The notes below the pieces were generated by a model that was given only the letters and a program-made list of their open reading frames with translations, was not told the DNA's origin and ran no database searches. The position numbers and the translations under genes are program-made. Below, piece after piece: positions 18,652 to 25,560 of a stretch of DNA of 64,000 nt (positions within the stretch are counted from its first letter, which is position 1; each line of letters opens with the position of its first letter). This DNA is from a virus (lineage: Duplodnaviria; Caudoviricetes), in IMG/VR virus record IMGVR_UViG_3300005326_000046, positions 16,004 to 80,003 of that record, one strand, 5' to 3'.

Positions 18652-19347
18652 ATGGCAGTAAAGACACATGGTTATCGGCTGCACGTGGAGTTCATTACTC
18701 CCGTGCTTGGGACTCAGTCAACGCGTGAAGTAGCGACCGAGTTTATCGCCAAGAAGTCCGGCTTCGAGATCCCCCAGGATGAACAGGAAACACTCCCCGA
18801 AGCGCTGGAACGCGGAACCACCGTCTTTCACCGCAAAGACGACAAGCCGGTCTACTACGATTATCACATCCTCGGATTCCTGCGTGAAGCCGGATCTGTC
18901 CTCAATGGCAAGGTGACCGGTGGCGTCAAGAATCTCCGCAGTAAGGTTGAGAATAACGTCTTTGCGTTCCCCCGGCAGATTGAGCTACACGTGCCCGATG
19001 GAGCGGACTACGAGCCTTACAACGAGCGTGCGCTTCGAGCCAAGACGGCGCGGGGACCGCGCGTTACCCTCGTGCGATCCGAGCAGTTGCCAGAAGGCAC
19101 GTGGTTTGACGCCATGCTGGAAGTGATCGACGGCGAGATCACAGAGAACGTCCTGCGCGACTTGTTCGACTTCGGTTATTTGCGCGGCTTCGGTCAGTGG
19201 CGCACGGGTTGCTGGGGCCGGTTCGTGTACACGTTGACCAGCGACGAAGAGAAGCCAAAGGCCAAGGCAAAGAAGGTCGCGACGGATGATTCCGTCACGA
19301 CTATCTCGGGGATCCCCGTCATGCTGATGGAGGCACAACATGGATGA
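18652..19347 (+). CDS. Stand-alone Cas7-group RAMP-like protein (Vipr-like candidate RNA-guided effector)
   Basis: RAMP-type first strand YRLHVEFITPVLGT, internal ILGFLREA and RALRA motifs, C-terminal glycine-rich loop GYLRGFGQWRTGCWGRF; SD AAGGAG. No other cas genes in the window. Motif recognition only, no HMM run. Confidence 0.8.
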   Translation: MAVKTHGYRLHVEFITPVLGTQSTREVATEFIAKKSGFEIPQDEQETLPEALERGTTVFHRKDDKPVYYDYHILGFLREAGSVLNGKVTGGVKNLRSKVENNVFAFPRQIELHVPDGADYEPYNERALRAKTARGPRVTLVRSEQLPEGTWFDAMLEVIDGEITENVLRDLFDFGYLRGFGQWRTGCWGRFVYTLTSDEEKPKAKAKKVATDDSVTTISGIPVMLMEAQHG

Positions 19348-19597
19348 TGGTTCAGAATATGAATACGTTGATACGGTTCGAGTGCACTTTTATGTGATTG
19401 ATGACGAAGCGCGAGCATTGCGTAAGCTTGCCTATCTTGAATTGCGCACACCGCGCGACCAGGTGCGTTTCATGTTACGCCAGGAGCTTACGCGGCGCGG
19501 TTTGTTGCCGGTTGCGAAGGCCGCCGCGGATGACTCGACTACGACCAGCGCGGGCGTGCCCGTCATGGTGATGGAGATGAGCGATGCCGAAGTATGA
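19340..19597 (+). CDS. Ribbon-helix-helix-like small DNA-binding protein
   Basis: Strand VRVHFYV followed by helices EARALRKLAYLELRTPRDQVRFMLRQELTRRGLL; overlaps the RAMP gene stop. Confidence 0.6.
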   Translation: MDDGSEYEYVDTVRVHFYVIDDEARALRKLAYLELRTPRDQVRFMLRQELTRRGLLPVAKAAADDSTTTSAGVPVMVMEMSDAEV

Positions 19598-20279
19598 CAT
19601 TGGCAGCAAGGTGGCTTACAGGCACGAAGATGGCCGGCGCGTCGTCGGGCACGTGGTTGACTACTCGCCACATAGCGATCACTACACGATTCGCTTGCCA
19701 GAAGAACTGGTAACCGTCGACTCCGAGAACATCACTGCTGTGCCGAAGTACAACGTCGGCGACAAACTCAAGTACCGCAGTTCCGTAGGGTTCATAATTC
19801 CATGCACCGTGATTGCTGTCCACGAGCATGGTAAATTCGGACGCAAGTATGAGGTTCGGTTGGAAGGAAACCGGTGGCAGAATATCCCCATGCATCTTTG
19901 CGAAGAAGACATCGTAGACACACCAAGTGAAAACCCAGTGCCGCCTGTGGGCTCACGCGTCTTCTATCATGACTTCTCACATGCCGAGAGCGCGTGGAGC
20001 GGCAGGCTTGGTACTGTTGTTGGTCTTGCGGTGGGTGGTGTTCATGTGCAATTTGACGGCGAGAAAGACACGTGGAACTTGGAAACGGCCAAGGTGCACC
20101 TGGTTGACGACGCTTATGGATTGTTTGCGAACAACGACGCCCTCAAGTTAGCCAACAAGGAGATCGTTGTCCTCCGCGACGCGCTAAACTCCGCGAACAC
20201 TGAAGCAAACACGCTGCGCCGTTGTGTCGACAGAATTCATAGGCTTACCCATGAAGCACTGGGCCTAGATGATGACTAG
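19584..20279 (+). CDS. Three SH3/KOW-like repeats plus C-terminal coiled coil
   Basis: YDIGSKVAY, YNVGDKLKY, PPVGSRVFY; the stop codon abuts the pentamer array. Confidence 0.8.
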   Translation: MPKYDIGSKVAYRHEDGRRVVGHVVDYSPHSDHYTIRLPEELVTVDSENITAVPKYNVGDKLKYRSSVGFIIPCTVIAVHEHGKFGRKYEVRLEGNRWQNIPMHLCEEDIVDTPSENPVPPVGSRVFYHDFSHAESAWSGRLGTVVGLAVGGVHVQFDGEKDTWNLETAKVHLVDDAYGLFANNDALKLANKEIVVLRDALNSANTEANTLRRCVDRIHRLTHEALGLDDD

Positions 20280-21256
20280 GCATTGGCAGAGATCCGTCTT
20301 GCGACGCGCTGGCATAGCATGGCACGGTAACGCAACGGCGCCGCGTGGCGTCGCTCGGCAGTGGTAAAGTCAGGCGTAGCACAGTATCAGCATAGTACGG
20401 TCATGTGGAGCGGCGGCAAAGCGAAGTAAAGTCCCGCGGCGGCATGGTCTAGTCCAGTCGAGTCCCGCGCGGCAATGGCTTAGCGCAGCAGGGCGTTGGC
20501 ACAGCGACGTGTCGCAGCGCGATGGCGTGGCCTAGTGCAGTCGTGCAGTGGCACAGCTTGGCGAAGTCTCGTTTGGCACAGCAATGGCGAGGTATTGCGC
20601 GATTCGGCAAAGGCGAAGCGGTGTCCTGCACGGCAACAGTCTAGCGTGGAACAGTCAGGTATTGCCGGGTGTTGCGAGGCGTTGGCGAGGCGAGGCTTTG
20701 TGAGGCGTTGGTCCTGCATAGTTGGGTGATGCATTGGCAGGGTTCGGTCAGGCACTGCGCTGCGCTGGTAGTGCTCGGCAGTGTTAGGCATTGGCAAAGC
20801 GTTGTAGGCCGCTGTCCTGTCTCGTTCTGCATGGCGATGGTCAGGTGAGGCGCTCTAACGTGCCGCGGGGGCACGGCGCTGTTTTGCGGCCCTATGTTCT
20901 GCAATGGCGAAGTTCAGCCTTGTGCCGCGAAGGCATAGCCTGGCACAGTTCAGCATGGTAACGGTCTTGTTTGGCACACTGATGTCTAGCAACGGCCAAG
21001 CACAGCAAGGTCCGGCAATGGCATAGCCCAGTATGGCAGTGCGACGGCAAAGTTCTGCTTGCGCCGCAATGGCGAGGCATTGCCAAGCACAGTTTTGTCC
21101 GGCAATGGCAAAGCGTGGTTACGTTTGGTAATGGCATGGTGCAGCAAAGTAACGCATCGGTAAGGCCAAGTGACGTTTGGCGATGGTGTGGCATAGCTGC
21201 CTGCGGCAAAGTAACAGTGAGGTAAAGCTGAGTCATGCAGTGCAACGGTAAGTCCT
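20279..21256 (+). ncRNA. N-G-Y-N-N pentamer array, candidate guide-RNA (vrRNA-like) locus
   Basis: About 180 pentamers by hand parse (e.g. ggcga ggcga ggctt tgtga ggcgt t ggtcc tgcat agttg ggtga tgcat t). One extra nt recurs mostly every 26 nt. Only a handful of pentamers break the GY rule. No credible ORF. Confidence 0.85.
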
Positions 21257-21289
21257 CAAAACGATTGGCAAGGCCCGAAGGGGGAAACA

Positions 21290-21844
21290 ATGGCAAAACG
21301 GTGGTTCCACTGGAAGAAGTTAGGGCGATACGTCGAGATCGACACAACCCGCACGTGCAAGAACTGCGGCGCGGTGCATCCATACCTCGGAGGCGAATCG
21401 TACACGCTTCGTCAGTCTCTGGGCGCAAAGATCATCTGCCCAGTCTGCGACCACGAGTACGAGATGCGCACAAGCCAAGAGATTGTTCTGGGCCTTATCG
21501 AGCACATCGGGCACGTTGAGGCGGAGCGCGACTACTGGAAGAACTTGTGGTACAACGGCGGATACAAGAACCGGCCAGCACCGCGAGATAGGCCATGGGA
21601 CATCAAGGCCGTTGACGGCTCGCCAACCATCGTCTCAGGGCCGGCACTGTGTCCAAAGTGCGGCAAGCAGCAGGTTGAACTACACGCCGGTGTGCTGTAT
21701 CCTGGCAATGACCTTCCGCACATGGAGATTCGTTGTCCAGACTGCGGCCCGCTTCAGGCCAACCCCTACGAGCCGTCCGAGGATCCAATCAACAAGGATG
21801 CTCCACCGGTGAAGCCGTGGGCACCGCCGCAGGAGCAACTATGA
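21290..21844 (+). CDS. Multi-CxxC zinc-finger protein
   Basis: CKNC, CPVC, CPKC and CPDC pairs; SD AAGGGGG. Confidence 0.75.
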   Translation: MAKRWFHWKKLGRYVEIDTTRTCKNCGAVHPYLGGESYTLRQSLGAKIICPVCDHEYEMRTSQEIVLGLIEHIGHVEAERDYWKNLWYNGGYKNRPAPRDRPWDIKAVDGSPTIVSGPALCPKCGKQQVELHAGVLYPGNDLPHMEIRCPDCGPLQANPYEPSEDPINKDAPPVKPWAPPQEQL

Positions 21845-22080
21845 GGTACTGTTCGGCCTGTCGAATTCGAGAGGGAACGATTCACGCATTCCTGATCATG
21901 GACATCGTCGCGCCCACTTCAACGAAGCATAAGGACGTGAGCTTCTGGCTATGTCCACAATGCGAGAAGCTCACACAGAAGACGTTCACGCGCAACGCCG
22001 ACCAGAAGGAACGCGTTGCGCGCTTGCTTGCCGCAGAAGAACCGCGGTTCGCGAAAGGCAACAATGGTCAAGCAACTTGA
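21841..22080 (+). CDS. Small zinc-binding protein (ClpX/UVR-like CxxC...LCxxC)
   Basis: MRYCSAC...WLCPQC; ATGA overlap at 21841. Confidence 0.65.
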   Translation: MRYCSACRIREGTIHAFLIMDIVAPTSTKHKDVSFWLCPQCEKLTQKTFTRNADQKERVARLLAAEEPRFAKGNNGQAT

Positions 22081-22381
22081 CATGGTCTTCCCAGAGGATC
22101 CCCCGCCGTCATCGTGGGCCCTGATGCGCGGCAACCATCCCCTGATGGAGCGCGGGTCCATGTGGCACTGCGCGTTGTATCACTTCGATGAGCACTGGAA
22201 ACCGCGCTGGACGCAGGTGATGCAGTTCACGTTGGCTGAGGCGCGCGACTTCTTCGGCGACACGGTCCTGCTGGAACTTGAGAAGGCAGGGCCGAATGAC
22301 TTCTTGTACTTCGAGCCGGGGGATGCGAAGCCGCTGTCGATCGGGAACTATCCTGGTGAAATGAAGATGCCGCGATTATGA
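22064..22381 (+). CDS. Hypothetical protein
   Basis: ATG 22064 after AAAGG. Confidence 0.6.
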   Translation: MVKQLDMVFPEDPPPSSWALMRGNHPLMERGSMWHCALYHFDEHWKPRWTQVMQFTLAEARDFFGDTVLLELEKAGPNDFLYFEPGDAKPLSIGNYPGEMKMPRL

Positions 22382-22391
22382 AATGGAACAC

Positions 22392-22420
22392 TTGACAAGC
22401 TAGACAATACGTGATAGGAT
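22392..22420 (+). promoter_or_regulatory. sigma70-like promoter, probably yielding a leaderless mRNA
   Basis: TTGACA-N17-TAGGAT with TG extension; ATG 8 nt after the -10, no SD. Confidence 0.7.
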
Positions 22421-22427
22421 GTGAGTA

Positions 22428-22622
22428 ATGGAAAAAGAACAGTTGACCGTATCGGAGGCGGCACGATTGCTGGGAGTCAGTCCGGCAACGGTACGCAGGA
22501 TGTTGGACAGTGGAGTCATCCAAGGATGGCGCATTCCTCTTGGAACGCGTCATCGGCGAATTCCGCGCGCCGAGATAGAGCGCGTCATGCAAGGCACGGG
22601 GCCAGAGGGGGATACGTCATGA
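22428..22622 (+). CDS. Excisionase-family HTH (HTH_17) protein
   Basis: LTVSEAARLLGVSPATVRRMLDSGVIQGWRIP...RRIPRAEIER. Confidence 0.9.
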   Translation: MEKEQLTVSEAARLLGVSPATVRRMLDSGVIQGWRIPLGTRHRRIPRAEIERVMQGTGPEGDTS

Positions 22623-22900
22623 CCAAGCGATGCAAGCATACCCGCAACAATACGACACTCTTCAAGTTACGCGAGATCGGTACATATGCAATCCTGGGAT
22701 TCCCGAATCAACACGAAAACCCTAGACCCCTATGGGACCGCAGCCAATGGAGCGTTACGGTCAGGTGCGGTGACTGTAACGGGAGATTTCACTTCACGTC
22801 AAACCGTTATCCCTTGTGGGTTGGCCGCATCGTGGCGAAGATGGCGCCTGAGTTGTTCGAGCCGAAAGAGCGAGACGATGCAGGGGATGTCGCGACGTGA
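22619..22900 (+). CDS. Hypothetical protein with CxxC
   Basis: ATGA overlap; RCGDCNGRF. Confidence 0.6.
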   Translation: MTKRCKHTRNNTTLFKLREIGTYAILGFPNQHENPRPLWDRSQWSVTVRCGDCNGRFHFTSNRYPLWVGRIVAKMAPELFEPKERDDAGDVAT

Positions 22901-22925
22901 GAATTGAAACCATGAAATGGGGCAC

Positions 22926-22955
22926 TTGACAAAACGTTACGGAGTGTGATATCAT
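22926..22955 (+). promoter_or_regulatory. sigma70-like promoter, probably yielding a leaderless mRNA
   Basis: TTGACA-N18-TATCAT with TG extension; ATG at 22963. Confidence 0.65.
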
Positions 22956-22962
22956 GGACGTC

Positions 22963-23178
22963 ATGAGATGGTACTACACCATGGGTGAGGCGGCGCAATT
23001 CTTTGGCGTTTCAAGGCAGAGCATATGGCGCTGGTGCTACGACGGCAAACTCAAGACAGTACAGTTGCCGTCTGGCAGGCGCGTGATTCTACGCGATGAA
23101 GTAGATCGCGTCATGAACGCTGGATCACAAGAGGGGGAACTGGATGGAGAAGAAGCGAAGGCACTTTCCGACATTTGA
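22963..23178 (+). CDS. Excisionase-family HTH (HTH_17) protein
   Basis: YTMGEAAQFFGVSRQSIWRWCYDGKLKTVQLPSGRRVILRDEV. Confidence 0.88.
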   Translation: MRWYYTMGEAAQFFGVSRQSIWRWCYDGKLKTVQLPSGRRVILRDEVDRVMNAGSQEGELDGEEAKALSDI

Positions 23179-23362
23179 TGGACTGGATGTCAGTTTGTCT
23201 GACGACGGTGAATACATCGAACTTTCACAGATGGATCCGTCTGGCGACCCGGATCACATGATTTTGATACCGCTACAGTTAGCCAAAACGGTCAGCATAT
23301 GGCTCAGGGAAATTGAGAAGGAGTCCGGGTTTGACCAACAGAATAGGGAGAATGTGACATGA
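23144..23362 (+). CDS. Hypothetical protein
   Basis: SD AGAGGGGG. Confidence 0.65.
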   Translation: MEKKRRHFPTFDGLDVSLSDDGEYIELSQMDPSGDPDHMILIPLQLAKTVSIWLREIEKESGFDQQNRENVT

Positions 23363-23622
23363 CCGAAGAAATAGGCGTTCTTGCCGCGCGAGAAGAGACG
23401 CGGGTAGAAACCGGTAATCTAGAAGACAAGGAATGGAAGATCAGACCCAAGTGGGGAGCGACGATCTACATTGCAGAGTCATTGGATGACATCTTGATCA
23501 CACAGGCTCGCGAGTCTGAAGACGGGTTAGTGTCGATAGCGCTAGATGACATCGACACTGTCTGTCAGTTTTTACAAGAGGCAAAGCGGGGAGCAATCAA
23601 GCTGCGCACCGACAAGGAATAA
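23359..23622 (+). CDS. Hypothetical protein
   Basis: ATGA-coupled. Confidence 0.65.
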   Translation: MTEEIGVLAAREETRVETGNLEDKEWKIRPKWGATIYIAESLDDILITQARESEDGLVSIALDDIDTVCQFLQEAKRGAIKLRTDKE

Positions 23623-23625
23623 GGC

Positions 23626-24636
23626 ATGGCAGACTTTCGCAGTGTCCAAACCAGGATGTGGCGCGAAGACGAATGGTTCATGGATTTACCCACAGATGCG
23701 CGTCTGTTCTGGATCTATCTCTTCACGAATCCGAGCGCAAGCATCTGCGGCATGTACCGACTACCGCCCCGCACCATGTCATTCGAGAGTGGCCTATCAC
23801 ATGAGCGCGTGTTGGAGTTGTTGGACCAGTTTACACGGGCGGGCAAGATCGCGTATGAGGATGGAGTGATTTGGGTAGTCCGTATGCGCGACAATCAACT
23901 GGGCGACAAACTCAGTAAGACACAGCGTATAGGCATCATCAAAGACATGGCCAAGATTCCCCCGTCTCCGTTGAAGGATCACTATCTAGACCACTATGGA
24001 TACCCTATTGGTAGCCCATGCATGGCACCAGGTGAAGACGACGAAGGCCTAGATAGCCTATGCATAGGTCGCGCTACGTTACGTTACGATACTGTTACAG
24101 ATACGTTACGTCACGTGACGTCATCGGAGCCTATGCAACTTTGCAGTAGAACAGATGATGAAAACGACGATATCACAAATGACCATGATCGTTCCCTTGA
24201 AAACTCCGAAGGTGTCTCTCCCAAAAAAGAACCAGTGAAACGCAACGTAACGCCCATGAAACGCCATGAAACGGTAAAAACCGATCGTAAGAAGTCGATT
24301 GACGCGGCCTCTGGGCTCTTCAACACGCGCGTGCACATGATCACAGGGGGATTACCGCGCGACGAGCTTGAAGAGTTAGCCGGCACTCTGTTCGACATGG
24401 AGGTTCCAGGGTGGTTTGAGATGGCGATAGACGCGGCCGAAGCCGCGGGAGCACGCAACTGGGCCTACGTGCGCGCGTGTATCAAGAACGCCATTCGGGA
24501 AAAGCGCCCGCCAAGCGCGAAAGGCAAGGGGAATGGAGCCAATTTCAGAGGTGGTAACCGCCGCAATCCAAAACGCAACGACCCGACCCCGGAGGATATC
24601 GAAGAGTGGAACAACGCCCCAATCATCGAAGAGTGA
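23626..24636 (+). CDS. Phage replication initiator / replisome organiser (N-terminal wHTH, DnaD-like C-terminal motif)
   Basis: VQTRMWREDEW...ARLFWIYLFTNP...CGMYRL N-terminus; NWAYVRACIKN C-terminus; precedes a DnaC-like gene. Confidence 0.8.
   Translation: MADFRSVQTRMWREDEWFMDLPTDARLFWIYLFTNPSASICGMYRLPPRTMSFESGLSHERVLELLDQFTRAGKIAYEDGVIWVVRMRDNQLGDKLSKTQRIGIIKDMAKIPPSPLKDHYLDHYGYPIGSPCMAPGEDDEGLDSLCIGRATLRYDTVTDTLRHVTSSEPMQLCSRTDDENDDITNDHDRSLENSEGVSPKKEPVKRNVTPMKRHETVKTDRKKSIDAASGLFNTRVHMITGGLPRDELEELAGTLFDMEVPGWFEMAIDAAEAAGARNWAYVRACIKNAIREKRPPSAKGKGNGANFRGGNRRNPKRNDPTPEDIEEWNNAPIIEE
24075..24273. repeat. Short CGTTACG and (CA)TGAAACG repeats inside the initiator gene, candidate origin iterons
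   Basis: TACGTTACGTTACG 24075, TACGTTACGTCACGTGACGTCA 24102, CGTAACG 24246, TGAAACG x3 at 24236, 24257 and 24267. Confidence 0.4.
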
Positions 24637-25291
24637 ACCGTGCGCTACCTGCCACGGCATCAAGTGGGTCTTACCCAGAGTCGACGCGGAACACTTCTTG
24701 TTCGACATGCCGCAACCGTGCCCACAGTGCAACACCGGGCAAATGCACGTCTATCTATGCGCATTGCTCGGGATTCCTGCGGCGTTACAAGCAGCGGTCG
24801 CGGAACCTCCACGCAGGACCAAGGGCGGCGCGCAAGCAACGGCGCTGGTAAGGCGATTTGGAACAACCAATCAGGGCGTCTTGACCGTCAGTGGCCCCAA
24901 TGGTGTGGGCAAGTCCAGGATCGCGGCGTCGATCGTGATGCAGGCCTATCGCGCCGAACGTAGCACCTACTACGTGCGGTTGCCAGTCCTGCTGAATGGC
25001 ATCAGGGCAGGGTTTAGGGACGCGGATGCTAAGGCACGCTGGGACAAAATCATGGGCGTCCAGGTTCTAGCGCTTGACGAACTGACGCCTGGCGACAATG
25101 ATTGGGAGCGGCGCGAGGTGCAACGGATCATCACGGAGCGCTATGAGTTGTCCATGGTGGATTGCGGCACGGTGTTTTGTACGGAGTGCGACATGACAGA
25201 GTTTTCGGGTCACGCGTACAGCAGGCTCACGGATAAACGCTGTGCGGTTGTGCAATTGGAAGGACCAGATTTGCGGAAGATCAGGGAGTGA
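24533..25291 (+). CDS. DnaC/IstB-like AAA+ ATPase (helicase loader)
   Basis: Zn motifs CATC and CPQC, Walker A GPNGVGKS, Walker B LALDEL, RLTD arginine finger. Confidence 0.88.
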   Translation: MEPISEVVTAAIQNATTRPRRISKSGTTPQSSKSEPCATCHGIKWVLPRVDAEHFLFDMPQPCPQCNTGQMHVYLCALLGIPAALQAAVAEPPRRTKGGAQATALVRRFGTTNQGVLTVSGPNGVGKSRIAASIVMQAYRAERSTYYVRLPVLLNGIRAGFRDADAKARWDKIMGVQVLALDELTPGDNDWERREVQRIITERYELSMVDCGTVFCTECDMTEFSGHAYSRLTDKRCAVVQLEGPDLRKIRE

Positions 25292-25305
25292 AAGGGGGGA
25301 ATAGG

Positions 25306-25560
25306 ATGCGCATCAGTCTAAGGTGGTGGAATGCACGTAAGGACACAGAAGAGCGGGTCGCGGCACTGCAAGAGCAAAATAGGATTCTACAGGAACGGAT
25401 TGATCGCCTTTTTGATCAGGAGCAAAAGTATCGCAGGCTGGCGCGTGCACTTGCTAGCATCATGATGCATGGTGAGATACGCGAAGAAGATGGACTTGTC
25501 AACGAGACCGTTGAGGTCCTTACTGGAGCGTCGCGTGGCACAACAACAAAAGCCGACTGA
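25306..25560 (+). CDS. Small coiled-coil protein
   Basis: ATG 25306 after GGGGGAATAGG. Confidence 0.55.
   Translation: MRISLRWWNARKDTEERVAALQEQNRILQERIDRLFDQEQKYRRLARALASIMMHGEIREEDGLVNETVEVLTGASRGTTTKAD

Noticed and set aside
20279-21256. Classical CRISPR array next to a cas7-like gene
   Set aside because: No identical 25-45-nt direct repeats separated by unique spacers; conservation is at 2 of every 5 positions instead.
20449-21519. Arg/Cys/His/Ala-rich ORFs over the pentamer array (20480-20797 -, 20496-20729 +, 20641-20904 -, 20892-21428 -)
   Set aside because: They are by-products of the GY periodicity: no SD, mutually overlapping, and the 5-nt and 26-nt periods are not codon-compatible.
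18054-23178. Excisionase-like genes as evidence of an integrated prophage
   Set aside because: HTH_17 proteins are general DNA binders; no integrase, att site or host flank is visible in the window.
24075-24123. CGTTA 5-nt periodicity as a second guide array
   Set aside because: It is short, inside a conserved coding frame and has no variable NN; treated as possible iterons instead.
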